A stretch of DNA of 63,703 nt, filler included, from Hausera hauseri (taxonomy: Eukaryota), in assembly GCA_046269625.1 (NCBI GenBank). It is 12 parts of 12 records of this genome, joined end to end, with 100 filler letters (N's around TTAATTAATTAA, not from the genome) between each part and the next. Parts side by side here need not be neighbours in the genome. Positions count along the whole stretch, not along the records: positions 19,882 to 24,230 come from JBJURY010623331.1; positions 24,331 to 28,577 come from JBJURY010678440.1; positions 28,678 to 32,775 come from JBJURY010764429.1; positions 32,876 to 37,149 come from JBJURY010663552.1; 8 more parts are not named here. One strand, written 5' to 3'. Under the pieces are notes generated by a model, which had not been told where the DNA came from, did no database searches, and saw nothing but the letters and a program-made list of their open reading frames with translations. Below are positions 23,691 to 37,070 of the stretch, piece after piece. Each line of letters starts with the position of its first letter. Within the stretch, counting starts at the first letter, position 1. The position numbers and the translations under genes are program-made.

Positions 23691-26639
23691 TAGGGGACTA
23701 CCCTAAAGACACTTAAAGTAATCTGTGTTACATTTCTATGGGATTTGAAACAAAATAAAATGAGAAATCCGAAATTCTCTGAGCTTCAAATATTAAACGG
23801 TATTCGACTCAATGAACGCTCCCGGAGATCGGTAACACTCGGGTAAAATCGCGTCCCTCTGACGATGGTTAATGCTTGGAGACAATGGAGTAAACACGAA
23901 GGACTGGTTCCCTTCCGTACTACTAAAAACATTACACGCTACGGCGGTGCGTCGTAGGAAAAGTTAGCGTTCGTTTGCTCTCTTTTTTAGTAGATAAACT
24001 GTGTTATTTGAACTCATTATTTATTTCTCATTAATGTAAGGAATTTTCTGATGTATAAAAGTGCTCGGTTTTTAATATAGTTAGACGATTGTTTAAAGAC
24101 GGATATTTGCAATGGGACTCAGTTGAGAAAAGTGTTTCCTCAAAACAGTTCAACACGATTGGTTGAAATGGGTCAGCTGAAAGGGAGTGGCGATCAGGTT
24201 TCGCTTGTTGTATTCTGCCAGACTGTTAACNNNNNNNNNNNNNNNNNNNNNNNNNNNNNNNNNNNNNNNNNNNNTTAATTAATTAANNNNNNNNNNNNNN
24301 NNNNNNNNNNNNNNNNNNNNNNNNNNNNNNTGGGACACAAAATGAAATGAAGATAAATTTACAAGAAACAGGAGTAAATATAGCCAAAAATTGCCGATAT
24401 TACCCGGTTCTATACGAGTTTATGAAAATGATGAATTTGAATGTGTTGTTAAATGTGTGTTTAATTATGAAAACTTTACAAATTACTTGATCGAAATTGA
24501 AATTTTCAAGAAATTGAAATTGAATTCGAGATTGTCGGAAATTCTGAAAACGCCTTTTAGATTATTCTCTATGATTATACCAAACTATGGGATAATGTTG
24601 GATGCAGAAATCTTTACAAAGAGGGTAAGAATTCTCTTAAAATTATATCCCAGTGAAAAGGTAAATGTTTTGTTATTCATAAATGGAAATGAGTTAGACA
24701 ATTATATTAAACATTAGCAATTCATCAATGGCCTTTTGGTTAGAAAATTCCGAATATTGTCTTCCTTGTAATCAATGAAAAAACGACTATTATTGACAGT
24801 TTAAAAGTTCAAAACCCCCTTAAACATACAACGGTGAACAAAAGAATTCAAATGAAATTTATTGAAAAGTTGAAAGACGACGGGGAGAGTGAAAATTGTA
24901 AAAGATTCAGCTATCGATTAGAAAACGTCCCTAATGTAAAATGTATTAGTTATTTGACAAAAGACAAATTTGAAGGAAATTTTTTCACCAGTTTTATTGT
25001 TATGCGAAAAGATTTAAAATACGAAGTTATAGACATACCTTTGGCCTTGTCAAATTTGCTCAGTGTAAAAAGAAAAAAGATGTAAAAGTTAAAAAGGGCG
25101 TACGATTATCTGTCAAAAGTTATTACTAGAGTTAGAAGATATTTTAAAGGTTATTGATGAGAAGGCGAAAATAACATAGCATTGGCTATTAAAACTGAAA
25201 GTAAAGTTGACGAGTTAGGTAGTGATACAGATATTGTCGAAATGTGTTACTCTCAAATAATTCAGAGTGGTGGGAAGAACAAATCAAAGTTCACTTTGGA
25301 AAGTGATGAAAATAAATTGCATCCCGGAGTTATTATATGCTGTATAGATCTGCGTAATGACTATTATTGCTTAAATGTTAATCGACCACTTATGATTAGC
25401 ACATCCCCTCAACAGAAAGTTCTCTATGGAAATTCAGCTGATGATCTTCACTTGTATACTTTAAATTATATGCGACCAAGTAAGCAATTCAGGGGAGTTT
25501 CGAAATCAATTCAAAAGAAATTTGTAACGGATAAATTAAATATAGCAGGGAAACCCTGTTCATCATTTGGATTTTCAACTGGTATTGAGTTTAAAGATAA
25601 AAATTTGATACTTGCCAATAATTCTATGAACGTGTTCAAGAAAAATGACATTAAAAATTTATATCGTGTCGGAAAATTTAGAAAATCCAGATGGTACGGA
25701 TAAAAGATCAATGATGTACAGCGTGTGGAACGGGGGTGTTGATACTACAGGTGAAAATCCCGAGCTCGAGGTGGGAGGTAATCTGATATTGATGAATGAG
25801 GCTAAACGGCGAAACAAACACAATTTATTCCAATTGAAAGACGACACCAATGATGATGGAAATTTTAGTAAACGTTTGTCGGATTTGGAAAATTATGATC
25901 GTAGCCATCGTTGTGCTGCTGTTCAACTTCAGAAGAAAGAAGATTGGTCTAATGAAGAGAAATGGAAAGGATACCAGCGAGATCTCTGAAAAACAACTAG
26001 CAGACTGTGAAAACGGCCAAATGAGAACTAAATTGATTAGAGATAACGTACGGCGAAAAAAGAGTTGCATTTCATATAAATCTAGATCTTTATTACCAAA
26101 AGATGAGGTTAATTTAAAATGACATGTTTCCATCGGTAAACGGAGTTATTCAGTTTCACTTTATCCCAATGGATTTATTGTTTCATTTCACTTGAGTATC
26201 ACTAAACATGTATCGTTTACTGAAGAAAGAGACAAAGGTTATTTACGGTTTAATTTCAATGCTCAGGATCACATTACCTTGAGTAAAATTACTGACAAAA
26301 ACACCAAAGATATCTCAAAGGAATTATCATCAAATCGTCTAATCTCAGGATGGGAAATTCTTTTGTTAATTTAAGGGCGTCTCTATCTTATACATTTCAG
26401 TCGTTTAAAGGAGAACGGTGACGTTATAAAGCTGATGCGTGTCAAGCTCAAGAAAATGCAAACTTAGTGCAACAGGATATTTTACAGTCCAATCCACGCA
26501 AGGAAATACCGAAATTAAAAGACTTATTCATTCAGTCAACAATATCAAAACGATGGGCCACGGGAAATATCGAATGCCACTTATTACAGTGGTTCGTTAC
26601 AATGAAGGAGGAAAGTATAGAATTCCTTTTTAATGAAAT

Positions 26640-27085
26640 AAAGAACGCTACTGAAAATCTTTGTCTTCGGTCAGAGGGTACCTTTATTTTAAAGGTTGTT
26701 CCATTGCTTCAGAATGTTCTTATGTTGACAAATGAAACCGTAAGAGTTCTCTACCTTGTTGACTTATTCATTTTGATTGGGAAACCGGCTATTTTAATTA
26801 GTGATGTTGAGGTTAGAAAAAGTGTATTGTTACAAGATAAAATTGCTCGTCTCCCGGATAAATTTATGGTAGAATGTGCCGTATAAAATTTATACTATGA
26901 GCAAAATGTTACAAATTTTGAAGAAATCTATCAAGGAAAATGCTGGACCGCCGAGTCAGTACCAACCAATATATTTCATACACGACTTGAACATACCCGA
27001 AGCAGATAAGTTCTCTACGGTCCAACCTTACACATTCACTCGAAGATCACAGGTGAGACATTTCATAACTATTTGCTTTCAGAAC
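26640..27085 (+). pseudogene. Degenerate axonemal dynein heavy chain (outer-arm beta type) AAA3 fragment
   Basis: PLLQNVLMLTNETVRVLYLVDLFILIGKPAILISDVEVRKSVLLQDK / NVPYKIYTMSKMLQ..GPP..IYFIHDLNIPEADKFSTVQPYT parallels the dynein motifs ETIRVRYFMDLL..RPVMLVGNAGTGKSVL / VPFNYYTTS.MLQ..GPP..IYFIDDMNMPEVD.YGTVQPHT. Walker A is destroyed and there is a frameshift near 26880. Confidence 0.75.
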
Positions 27086-28401
27086 AATGCAATGACTACT
27101 GAAATTGAACAAATATTACTTGAGGAGTTCCATCGAGTGTTTATTGGATCGAATTCATACGGACCTTTAGAAAGGTACTTAGAATATTTTATACCGTTTC
27201 GATTATTCAGTGAACTGAATTTAACAAAGATCACTATATTAATGGAAAAGAATTCCTCCGAAATTAAATTGTTACAACTTATCAATCAGTATGACATGTA
27301 CGAATCTAATGTAAAGATCATTGAATTTGAAAGCTATGATGCTGATACGGATGACAACATCGACTCAGTATACGTGGTGGTGACCATTGATGACCATTAT
27401 CGAAAATTGTCAATTAGAAAAAGTTGTTGCAACAAGAATAGTGATATAAAAGCAAAATCGTTTGAGAGTGAATCCAAAAGCAAAAACGACAATCTATCGA
27501 TGAAGATCGACTGGTTGGGTTATGGTAATTTTACAATATATCAGACGATAAACATGATCCGAGTGGAGGTGTTCTTGAGAATGTTAATGGCTCTCATTAG
27601 AGCCACAATTGTTGATTTCGATGGGGTTTCGGATCCCCTTAAAAAATCTAAAATATTCGCTTTTCTACTGAATGAAGGTAACGGTTCAATATCAATCCCT
27701 CATTCATCTACACTATGTTTGAACCGAGATCAAAAGGTAAAAATCAAGGCCCATCCTTCTGATTATGTGGAAACCCAATACCATAGTGGAGAGATTTTCG
27801 GGCTTATTCCTGCTCACATTAATTCCGATTATACTAAAGGTGTTGAATTCAGGAACAGAATTACGGAATACGAAATCAAAGAAAAGAAGAAATTAGCAAA
27901 ATGAAAAAAGGTCCGTTTTTATACATTGCCCTATATACTGTCGTCAGTCGCCTTTGCACCCCGCTGTGGACTTTTCCCTGTAGGATATCGCACCAACACC
28001 TATTGGGAAAAATTGCGGATTAATTCTATTGTTGTCTCGCTTTACATAAAGATAAATATCGTATTTACTGATATAATAATAGATTCAGTCTTCTGAAATC
28101 TTGTTACTAGAATTAACCATACGAAGTACAAAACTTGTCATCTTAAATACCTCGTTATTTTTATATCGCGCCAAACCTGAAATAATATCACAACAGATAG
28201 TTGAAGAGATTATAAATAAAAAGAGTAACCAACTATATGTTGAAAGGCATCACCCACTAAATAAACGTTATATAAATTAAGGATACGAATTTAGGTCAGC
28301 TTTACCGAGTAAAAAAATATTAATTCCAAAAGAAAAGTTAAAACAATTAAGGGTATTACCAAAAGGGATAAAATTGTAGAAACAGTCAAAGGAAATAGAA
28401 G

Positions 28402-28577
28402 ATGAGAAAGCAAAAAAAACGAAAGATAAAGTTAGAAAAGAAAAGGATGGATTTCGAAGAACATAAACCTAGACAGATTATCGTAAAAATAAACCAAAAC
28501 ACCCCAATTGTTATTGATGTTGACAAAATAAAAACCATTAATACGTTGAAAAGAAAAATATTTGAAAAATGTTGTAT
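28402..28577 (+). CDS. Basic peptide running into a possible ubiquitin-like domain, truncated
   Basis: RQIIVKINQNTPIVIDVDKIKTINTLKRKIFEK parallels the ubiquitin N-terminus [33 protein letters not shown]. Confidence 0.35.
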
Positions 28578-28677
28578 NNNNNNNNNNNNNNNNNNNNNNN
28601 NNNNNNNNNNNNNNNNNNNNNTTAATTAATTAANNNNNNNNNNNNNNNNNNNNNNNNNNNNNNNNNNNNNNNNNNNN

Positions 28678-29078
28678 AGGCCGTGTTCGTAGGCAGTGGT
28701 TGGAGTCTGTTAGAGAGACAGTGCTGGAAAGAGTCACCTTCATTTTTGTTCCCGACCAAACTGGAGTCAAAGGGAACGAACGAGCAGACAAACTGGCGAG
28801 TACTGCTACGGTTATCAGTGGCAGAGCCATGGACCGAGCTGACATCTTGAATATCCTTCACGAGATCGCCAAGAAGGAGGCATTTGCCAGAGATTCAGAA
28901 TCTGCCCCTCTCCAGAATGCACGAACTTGGGGAGATGATATGAGCGTCACGCTGGAGGTACCCGATGTTTGAACTGTCTGTCGTCGTGTGCTTCCGGAGC
29001 TACTGAGGAGGAGGTCGGAGGACTTATGGACTTGTTCCGCGTGCAATGATGACGATCTGTCGACTAACTAACTAACCA
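28678..29078 (+). mobile_element. Non-LTR retrotransposon 3' end with RNase H
   Basis: VTFIFVPDQTGVKGNERADKLA (RNase H WVPGH.G..GNE.AD.LA motif) and a 3' (ACTA)n tail. Confidence 0.75.
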
Positions 29079-30056
29079 ACCATCATATTTGCGAAAGGGT
29101 TACCGTCTGATGATCAGATACCCTCTTATTGATTCGCTCTCTTCAGAGTTTTCTGTCGTCATATTTCATTAACCTTGGCGCGTTATTGAAGACAAACTGT
29201 TGTGAAATGAATCAATGGAAGTTAAGATCCGTGAAAAGTGCGTGTGAAGCTGGGGTAACGTGCCTTTTTTGTTTTTATCCAGGACATTTCCAGGGACGAT
29301 GTTTGCTAGCAAAATGGTATGCACTCACGGGTAGCACCCAAACGTGCGCGCACATTCACGCATTTAACTGTAATTCACATTTTTGGAGTAATATTTGATT
29401 TAAATTATAGAGGCAAATAATGTATTTAGTGAGCACAAATAAAACCTGGTTTGATCCTGGCCTAACCGATGGTAAAACAATGTCATAATGCATAATGTTT
29501 TTGAAGTCATTATTATACACTTACAAAACAAACTTCACAGTAATCAAACAACATCTAAGACCTATCTAATTACGAGTTATACCTCGGTTTTCGTTGACTT
29601 CGGTTATTGTCGGTTTCGGTTTCGTCGATTTTTTCCGCGAACAATTTGTCTGGGTTTTCGTCGATTGCCTCGGATTTCGTGGCCTTGGCATAAGGCTTGG
29701 CAGTGAGTGACATCCAGGACGATGAACTCTGCCTGGAATAAATTATAGCCAGGATGTGTGAATGAGAGAGATTTTGAAGGGTTTGAGCCTTCCCCTGATG
29801 ACCCTACACATGTGGTGCGGTCAAATGTTGATTTGCGGAAGTCCATGGGTGTGGAGGTGAGTGGTGAGGATGAAGCTTGTCCTAGTGCCAAAAGACCAAG
29901 AAGGGAAGTGACCCAGATAGTGCCTTGATACATAAGGTCCTTATGGAGGTGAGTTCCCCTTCCGAATAAGAATATACCTCTCTCTCCCCTCCTCGACCTC
30001 TTCCACATGCCAAGAGTCTTCAGAAAATGTAAACACCATGTTAAATGCTCGTATTG

Positions 30057-30096
30057 TGCCCGCGCGCGCGTGTATGTGTGTGTGTGTGTGTGTATG
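30057..30096. repeat. (CG)n/(TG)n microsatellite
   Basis: cgcgcgcgcgtgtatgtgtgtgtgtgtgtgtg seen directly. Confidence 0.9.
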
Positions 30097-30449
30097 TATA
30101 CATGGCTGACTTATCATCCACCCATCTATTTATCCACTTAGTCATCGTCCCTAAAACTGAAGATAAATTTCTCAAGATATATGCCGAACGTATAATGCCT
30201 TGGGATAAATGTTTAATTCCTGCACATATGCTCTACATTCGCTCTTCTGTGCACCCAACGACACATTGCCGACTGTACTCGCTGATAAAGCAAATGAATC
30301 CACCAGCACGGCACCTGGAATGTTCTTCTCAAACTACGCTGCTGAAGTACAAGTCCTGAGAATTTCTGTAGAAAAGATTTAAAACGCAAAGACTAATGTC
30401 AGCACGTTGTATTCTTCACGGATGCAATGTAAGTTTGGCAGGCCATTAA

Positions 30450-30997
30450 TGTTGATAAGTTGGCAGAGCTCTCTGTGAAGTAAACAGTAAACAGAAGAGT
30501 AGTGCTGCAGTGGATAACATCTCATTGTGACATACTAGGCAATATAAAAGCTGATATGTTAGCTAAAGAAGGAGCAGAAAAAGACCAGGAAGAACAAATT
30601 ATCACCTTCCATAAAAAGAAGACTCTTATCAAGGCTGTCAGGAAGATACATCAAGTTAATGACAACTACCACTACCTAGATCGTGCAGGACCAGTGATCC
30701 TGCTTCGACTTAGAACGCGACACAACCGAATGAACAGTCATCTGCATAGACTGAAATTAGTACCTTCGTCCTTGTGTATATGCAGACAGACAGCACAGAC
30801 AGTTGAACATGTTCTACAGGACTACCATACTGCGAACTGAACATTAGTCAACAGAAACTAGTTCACACTAAACTGTATGGAAGCATATGTGAACTCACCA
30901 AGACAACAACATTCATCCAGGTAACTGGATTACCTATGTAGACAACATTAAACAACAGCGAACGAGAAGAAGAAGAAGAAGAAGAGGAAGAAGAAGA
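30450..30997 (+). mobile_element. 5'-truncated RNase H-containing LINE (I/Ingi/Nimb group) with (GAA)n tail
   Basis: LQWITSHCDILGNIKADMLAKEG (RNase H), LRLRTRHNRMNSHL, a CCHC remnant (LCICRQTAQTVEHVLQD), then a gaagaagaag tail. Confidence 0.85.
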
Positions 30998-31099
30998 TGT
31001 GGAAAGTCTATGTCTCTCGTGATGTTCCATAAAATTTTTATGGTGTGCACGTTCAAAATCCTTGATGAAAACAAGTGTGAAGGTCTATGCTGTACACTC

Positions 31100-32200
31100 C
31101 GCAGTTCTCGAATGTATTTATCATGTTGCCCTGGCGCCCCTGCTTGGTCTAAAACCAGCTTTTACTTAGTGTGTTTATTATTTTAACTTTTTCCCATAAT
31201 TCGTCAGATAATTTTGTTGGCATGACTTATTAGAGCGATGGTTTGGTAACTGGTGAGTAGCTTCATGTTGCTTTTCTTTTGTAAGGTGATATACACTTAT
31301 TTTTTCCATGCTTTGGGCCTTGGGGAACTGTTTTCGATCTTCATACATGGTGCTTGCGCCTCCCCACCTGCTTGAATTGATCAGTTGGCATCTTATCGCA
31401 ACCTGGTGATTTCCTTTTATTTATGCTTTAATGCTGAGCGTATTTCATCTACCATAGTTTCTTGGCTATCTATTTTCCCTTTTCATCATTACTTCTGGAT
31501 TGATTTTGGCAGTTGAGATTTTATACAGAATCATTTTATTTTGCGTGTGGAAGCTTTTGTGTAAATCACGTATTCTTTCCACGAGCTTTTGAAATACTCA
31601 TCGGTATCGGAGTCTGAATTCATTGGTCTTATGCGTTTGTTGGTGGGCTCGCGGTGTCAGACCCATCATTAACCGATTGTCAGAGAATCTTTAATGTCAA
31701 CGGCAGCGTCAGTTACTGAAATACTTGTCAATGTTCGATCTCTGTCTACAGCAGACACCGGGGCATTTTGTATCGGCCACCTTTACTTTCCCAGAGAATT
31801 TCTCCGGTACTCATTTTTTTGGCTGCGAGAACCCTGACACCGTTTTATTCGGCAAAATTCAACCCTCCACATCTGGAATTGTCTGTAAATCTCTGTCTGC
31901 AGCCATCCTATGTACTACCATTTTAGCTGCAGTCAAAAGACGTGTGATTCCTCTCCAGATGTCCACGAGATGTCCTTTATTTGCTATTTGTTCCTCTATT
32001 CCAATCAGAGGGCGTTGTTTCTGTTTCCCAAATTTGTGTAAACATAAGTACTAATAATTATGTTGCTAGGCCTTTCACCTTAATATATGTCTGCCCTAAA
32101 CAACTTAAAAGTTCTGTTTTTAAATTGTCTTGTCCAGGGGCCTTAACGTTTTTCAAACCTTTGATGGCTTTAATGACTTCTTGTGGTGAATGGCTTTGTT
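31100..32200 (-). mobile_element. Decayed RTE-like LINE reverse transcriptase fragments
   Basis: KAPGQDNLKTELL..IWETETTPSDW and a second piece with KSPGCD....VYITLQKK....SYQTIALISHANKI. Many stops. Confidence 0.65.
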
Positions 32201-32875
32201 AGCTCATTCAGTTCGCATTTTGTCGCACTATGTTCTAGGTCTAAGCACTCTTATCAAAGTGTGATGGTCACTCTGGTGTAATTATGTATCTTGTTTTCAC
32301 TGTATATTTTCAACCACTCAGCTTGGCTCTCATTATTGCATCTGGTTCATATCTTTCCATTACCGTGGCTCTCATTATTGCATGTAGTTCATATATTTTA
32401 TTTCCCATGGCTCTCATTATTATATCTAGTTCATTTCTTTCATTCCCAATTCGATTTCCTTTAACTCGTCTAAGGCCTGATGAAGGGAATAATAAGTCTT
32501 GACCGCAACCGATAAATACAGTTTGAACAAGTACAATGTATTTTTTGCGGAGTGTCTTCGGTGCATCTCAAAATTGCAATTATTGTCCATTTCCTCACTC
32601 CCTTATCTTTGGATCTGTGTTGCCGATAGTGGTAAATCAAGGTCATAACATGATATCAGAGTCCGCATGACTCGTAAAAACGTTTATTGTGATATATCAG
32701 TCATCGTCTGACTTAGAATTGTATTTCTCGTGGACCTTCTGGTGAAAAACTCCCCCCATCTCTGAGTAGTGAGATNNNNNNNNNNNNNNNNNNNNNNNNN
32801 NNNNNNNNNNNNNNNNNNNTTAATTAATTAANNNNNNNNNNNNNNNNNNNNNNNNNNNNNNNNNNNNNNNNNNNN

Positions 32876-35800
32876 TAGCATATGTTGCAAGGTGTTGTTC
32901 CTGAAATTGCCAAAACTAAAATTCACTATGATGCTAAATATATTTTACAATAAATGCTTTATTCCTTAAATCTAAATCCTTATTACCATTATGTGCTCCT
33001 CACTCGGGGCACCAGAAAATGTTCTCGTATGCCAATGATACTTCAATGATGTTGTATTTCCACATTCTCATTATCCGACTTCTTCGACATACTGAACATT
33101 TTTAGGGGAATTTCTACCATGATCTGAGGGGTGAGTCCGTTTGGCGGTTTGGCAAAGTTACCCAGCGCCTATTTAGTTTATTCGATATTCTTATTGTGTT
33201 TCTTATTAAGGCTTTTGGGAGCAGTTTCAGTCTCTATATCCTTTATGGTATTTACATTTTTGTTCGAAAGGTATAAGGGGTTTATGGAATACAGCAAGAA
33301 TTTTTATCTTAATAAAAACAATATAGAATTCATAAATATCTTCATCAACTCGGCTTTCCTTCATTTTGCTTATTCACATTTTCTCAGATTACACTATCTA
33401 AGTATAAACTATATTTCAATAATAGTGATTATGGTCACTGTGGTTTATTATATAAGTATGCATCTCTGATTCTTCGTTCCTTTCATAATTATCAAGGGAG
33501 TATTTATCAGTAGATAATCCCATGGTTTGCTTTCTTTTATCCTGAATATTTCACCGATACCCGTTCATTGCATTTTCGTCATCTTTTAGTGTAATAGCGT
33601 AAGAAAGGTCATCGTTGGGAACCAACATAACAAGCATAGTCATCCTTTCAGTATATGAAAAGGGAATATTCGGTGACTACCCTTGTTGGAGTAATGGAAA
33701 TTCACTTATAACAAAATACTACAACATAATTCTACTATGTCTCTAAACGTTATCATTCCTACAAATATTGATTGACTAAGGATAAATTTCGTGATAATGT
33801 GACTATGGGGTAGGCTAAGATCATTATTTCTGGAACGGGAATTATTTCTGGAACGGGAATTCAAGTATATGCAAGACAGTCTAATATTTCTCTAGTTCTA
33901 TTTGAGTTCATTTCTTCTCATTATTATACTTCAACATGTGTCGAATTAAGGCATTACTGTTGTCAGTTTTATGTTTCTAGTTTGCCAGAGAGTGATCAAT
34001 TCTACGTTCTTTAGAATCTTCTTGATAATGACCCACTCAAAATTACGACTGAATAAGTAATAATAAGGTGGTCGGGATTCCGGGAGGCACCACTGAAGGA
34101 ATAATATTATTATAGGTTAAAGCATTTCGTGCGGTTATACTACGTGTATAATTCTTATTCCCATTAGTACAGGGTTGCGTAGTTCGTACAAAATTTAGAC
34201 ATAACAATTCAATAACCCTTCGCTAACTATACCATAATCATTACTCCATCAAATATCATTTTATATAAAAACACAATACAATTGGGTCTGACTAGATCGT
34301 ATGACCACTATCCATAAGCTTCCTTCTCTGGGATCAATGATGTCCTGAACGGAAAACGGAACCGGATAAAGGCTCCCTCTCTACTCATATATCACTTTGA
34401 GGTTCCACATCAATATCACACTGGCATCTCATCTTGAAAGGATTAAGTTATTTCAACTCCATCATCGTGCGGCCATTATATTCACATCTTATTTTCAAGA
34501 CAAATTTCAGAGATAAAATTGTTCTTATATTTCCAAGAAGAATTTCATAGTCAATATTGTTTTACGATAACACAATTACTATATTGGCGGTGATTAAATT
34601 TTCCACAGGGATGGTAAATCATCGTTATATTGAATAGGAAGATGTAGTTTAATTTCATGGCATTGTTAACTTAATCAGTAAATATCGTAATAGAATCTAA
34701 GGGTCCATTTAACATATACATACTCGTAATAAGAGCGAAAACAATTGCATACAATCAATATATTGTCACTTCAATTACCTTTTATTCCAAATGTTGTGAT
34801 TCAAGATTCCCGTAATGGGATCCATTATATGCAATTGTTCTCCCAATAACATTCTATTTTAATTATTGTAATTTAAGATTTCCATTATGGAACCATTATT
34901 TGTAGATGTACTGATCTTGGAATGTATCATATCCATAGGGTAAATCATCAATCAATCTTTCGTGCAAAAAATGTTTATAATAATTAAGTCCCATCAATAA
35001 CTATAAGTAATATCGTTTAATTAGTGTATAAATCACATTTGTAATTAATTTATAAAACAATTATTTTATCCACATTAGTCCCGTGCTATTTCGAATATGA
35101 CTAGTAATAACCCAGAGACCATTTCTGCTGGTAACTAAGATAAACCCACAACTCGAATCATCTAACTTTGGTTTCCAGATAACGTTTTAAAGGAAGCATT
35201 TTTAGATAACAAAATGATATAGATAACATTATTCATATTTCTGGACAAACGTTATTCTACCGTAGATTGTCTTTATTTCTATAATTCTAAAAGATTATAT
35301 AAATTTTAATCATCAAATCATATTTTTTCTCAAAATGGTTCCCTCCATGTGCATGTACAATTTCGATTAAAAAGGATGTCACCTATTAAGTCATTTCTCA
35401 ATTTAGTACATGCAATTAAAGAGTAGATTGACAATTAATATGTTTAGTGATACGGTCAATACAGTCGAAAAATTTTCTTTAAAATGTTTATAAGATTTTA
35501 CTATGCGATTATCAAATTCATCCTCGAAATATCATATGGACTTAATCACTTCAGATCTCACCAGATTACAACGGCAGTTATTATCATCAATCAAACTCAT
35601 CCTGCCATCAGTAACAGCCGTTGTCAAATGGGCCCGGTTCTAATCAATTCATAGTTACTTCGCCGGCACTTCCGATTCAATCATGATATTGTCGGGGTTT
35701 CTTTATCATTCACTGGAGACCTAACTTTGTCTGTATATGACCGATTAATGCGAATAGCTAAGCAAATTTAACCCATGTCTTTCGAGATAATTCGTTACCA

Positions 35801-36200
35801 TTTACATGGGTCATCGTAATTAGATTTACAAAATTTTATTTACAACAAATTGTACAATTAATAGATGACTATTTGCGGTCAACAATTGAATATAATAAAT
35901 AATTACCATTCCCTGAAACATCAGCCATAACCCGTTCATCGTTTCGGTTCATATCGGACATATTTTTTCGAGCAGAAATAACTTTCTAATAAATTAATGT
36001 CTATAAGTTTGTAACCAAATTTCTTTAAATTACCAACCAAGATTAGACTATCGAATTCCTTCAAAAGATTGTTTTCTACAAGGATCTAACTATCGGTTTT
36101 CTATTGTTAAAATAAATCAAGATGTTATTGGAAAATCACCTCTTCACTTACTTTTAAATTATAGGTGATCAGGTTTCTGACGAATTTCTTCTATATTATT
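32876..36200 (-). mobile_element. Highly decayed Ty3/gypsy internal region
   Basis: Only traces remain: YPVPFSVQDII....VVIRSSQTQ near 34290-34380 (pre-RT), and a VKYSG..ANHGI remnant of the YLGH.IS..GI motif near 33520-33555. Confidence 0.4.
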
Positions 36201-37056
36201 TTCTGGTTAAGTTTATTGTTGTTCGTTTTGTTTTACGGCTAGTTTATATACTAGTCGCTAATTTGTCAAATGTGTTTGTTGATTTCGAATTTCAATTTTC
36301 ATAATTAACTAATTTGTCAATATTCTAAATGTTATATGGCCTTTATGTGGCTGTTTAATTTATAAATTAGATTTGGTAATTGATTTTCGAAAATGGTAAT
36401 TAGTGTGGTAATGAACATATAATATTCTGAAGTAATTGTCTAATTTTACAAGTAATTGTCTAATTAAGTAATTTCATCCATTGTGACTGTCTAATTGCTA
36501 TTGTTTATTACACACATATCCATTGTGACTGTCTAATTGCTATTGTTTATTACACGCATATAATATTCTGAAGTCTGTTTTACAAATTACAAGTAATTGT
36601 CTAATTAAGTAATTCCATCCATTGTAACTGTCTAATTGCTATTGTTTACCATACTCAATCATGACCGCATGTCAACCGCAAACTGGCTAACAACAGTAAT
36701 ACAATAACAGAACATAAAAATACCCAAATCAGGGGTTTCACAATGAGTACAAGAGAGATGGAAGGATTAATGTTTATTTGCAAACACAAATGTTATGGAC
36801 AAGCATAGTAGCAAAATCATTGTTAGCTACATCAAATGTAGTTCACAGTTAGCCTTAGTCTCAAAATTTATTTCTCGAACATTGTCTCTCGAACATTTTG
36901 AATTTTGAATTTATCGAATATTGTTTGAGTCTGAGAATTGGTTTGGGCCATCTATTATTGAGTCTACGAATGTTGTTTGAGTCTACGAATTGGTTTGGAA
37001 TTTTGAATTTATCGAATATTGTTTGGGTTTGGGCCATCTATTAACGTGTCCTAACA

Positions 37057-37070
37057 TTTCTCCCCCCTTT
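37057..37070 (-). promoter_or_regulatory. Polypurine tract abutting an LTR start
   Basis: Minus strand reads GAGGACCGAATCCTTTTTCAAAGGGGGGAGAAA|TGTTAGG, a typical gypsy PPT followed by TG. Internally repetitive LTR-like DNA extends over ~36400-37056. Confidence 0.65.

Noticed and set aside
25182-25703. SAM synthetase similarity (LHPGVI..IDL)
   Set aside because: The match is too short and other conserved motifs are absent.
32474-32525. Penelope-type hammerhead ribozyme (CTGATGA core)
   Set aside because: No correctly placed GAAA and no convincing stems; at most a decayed relic.
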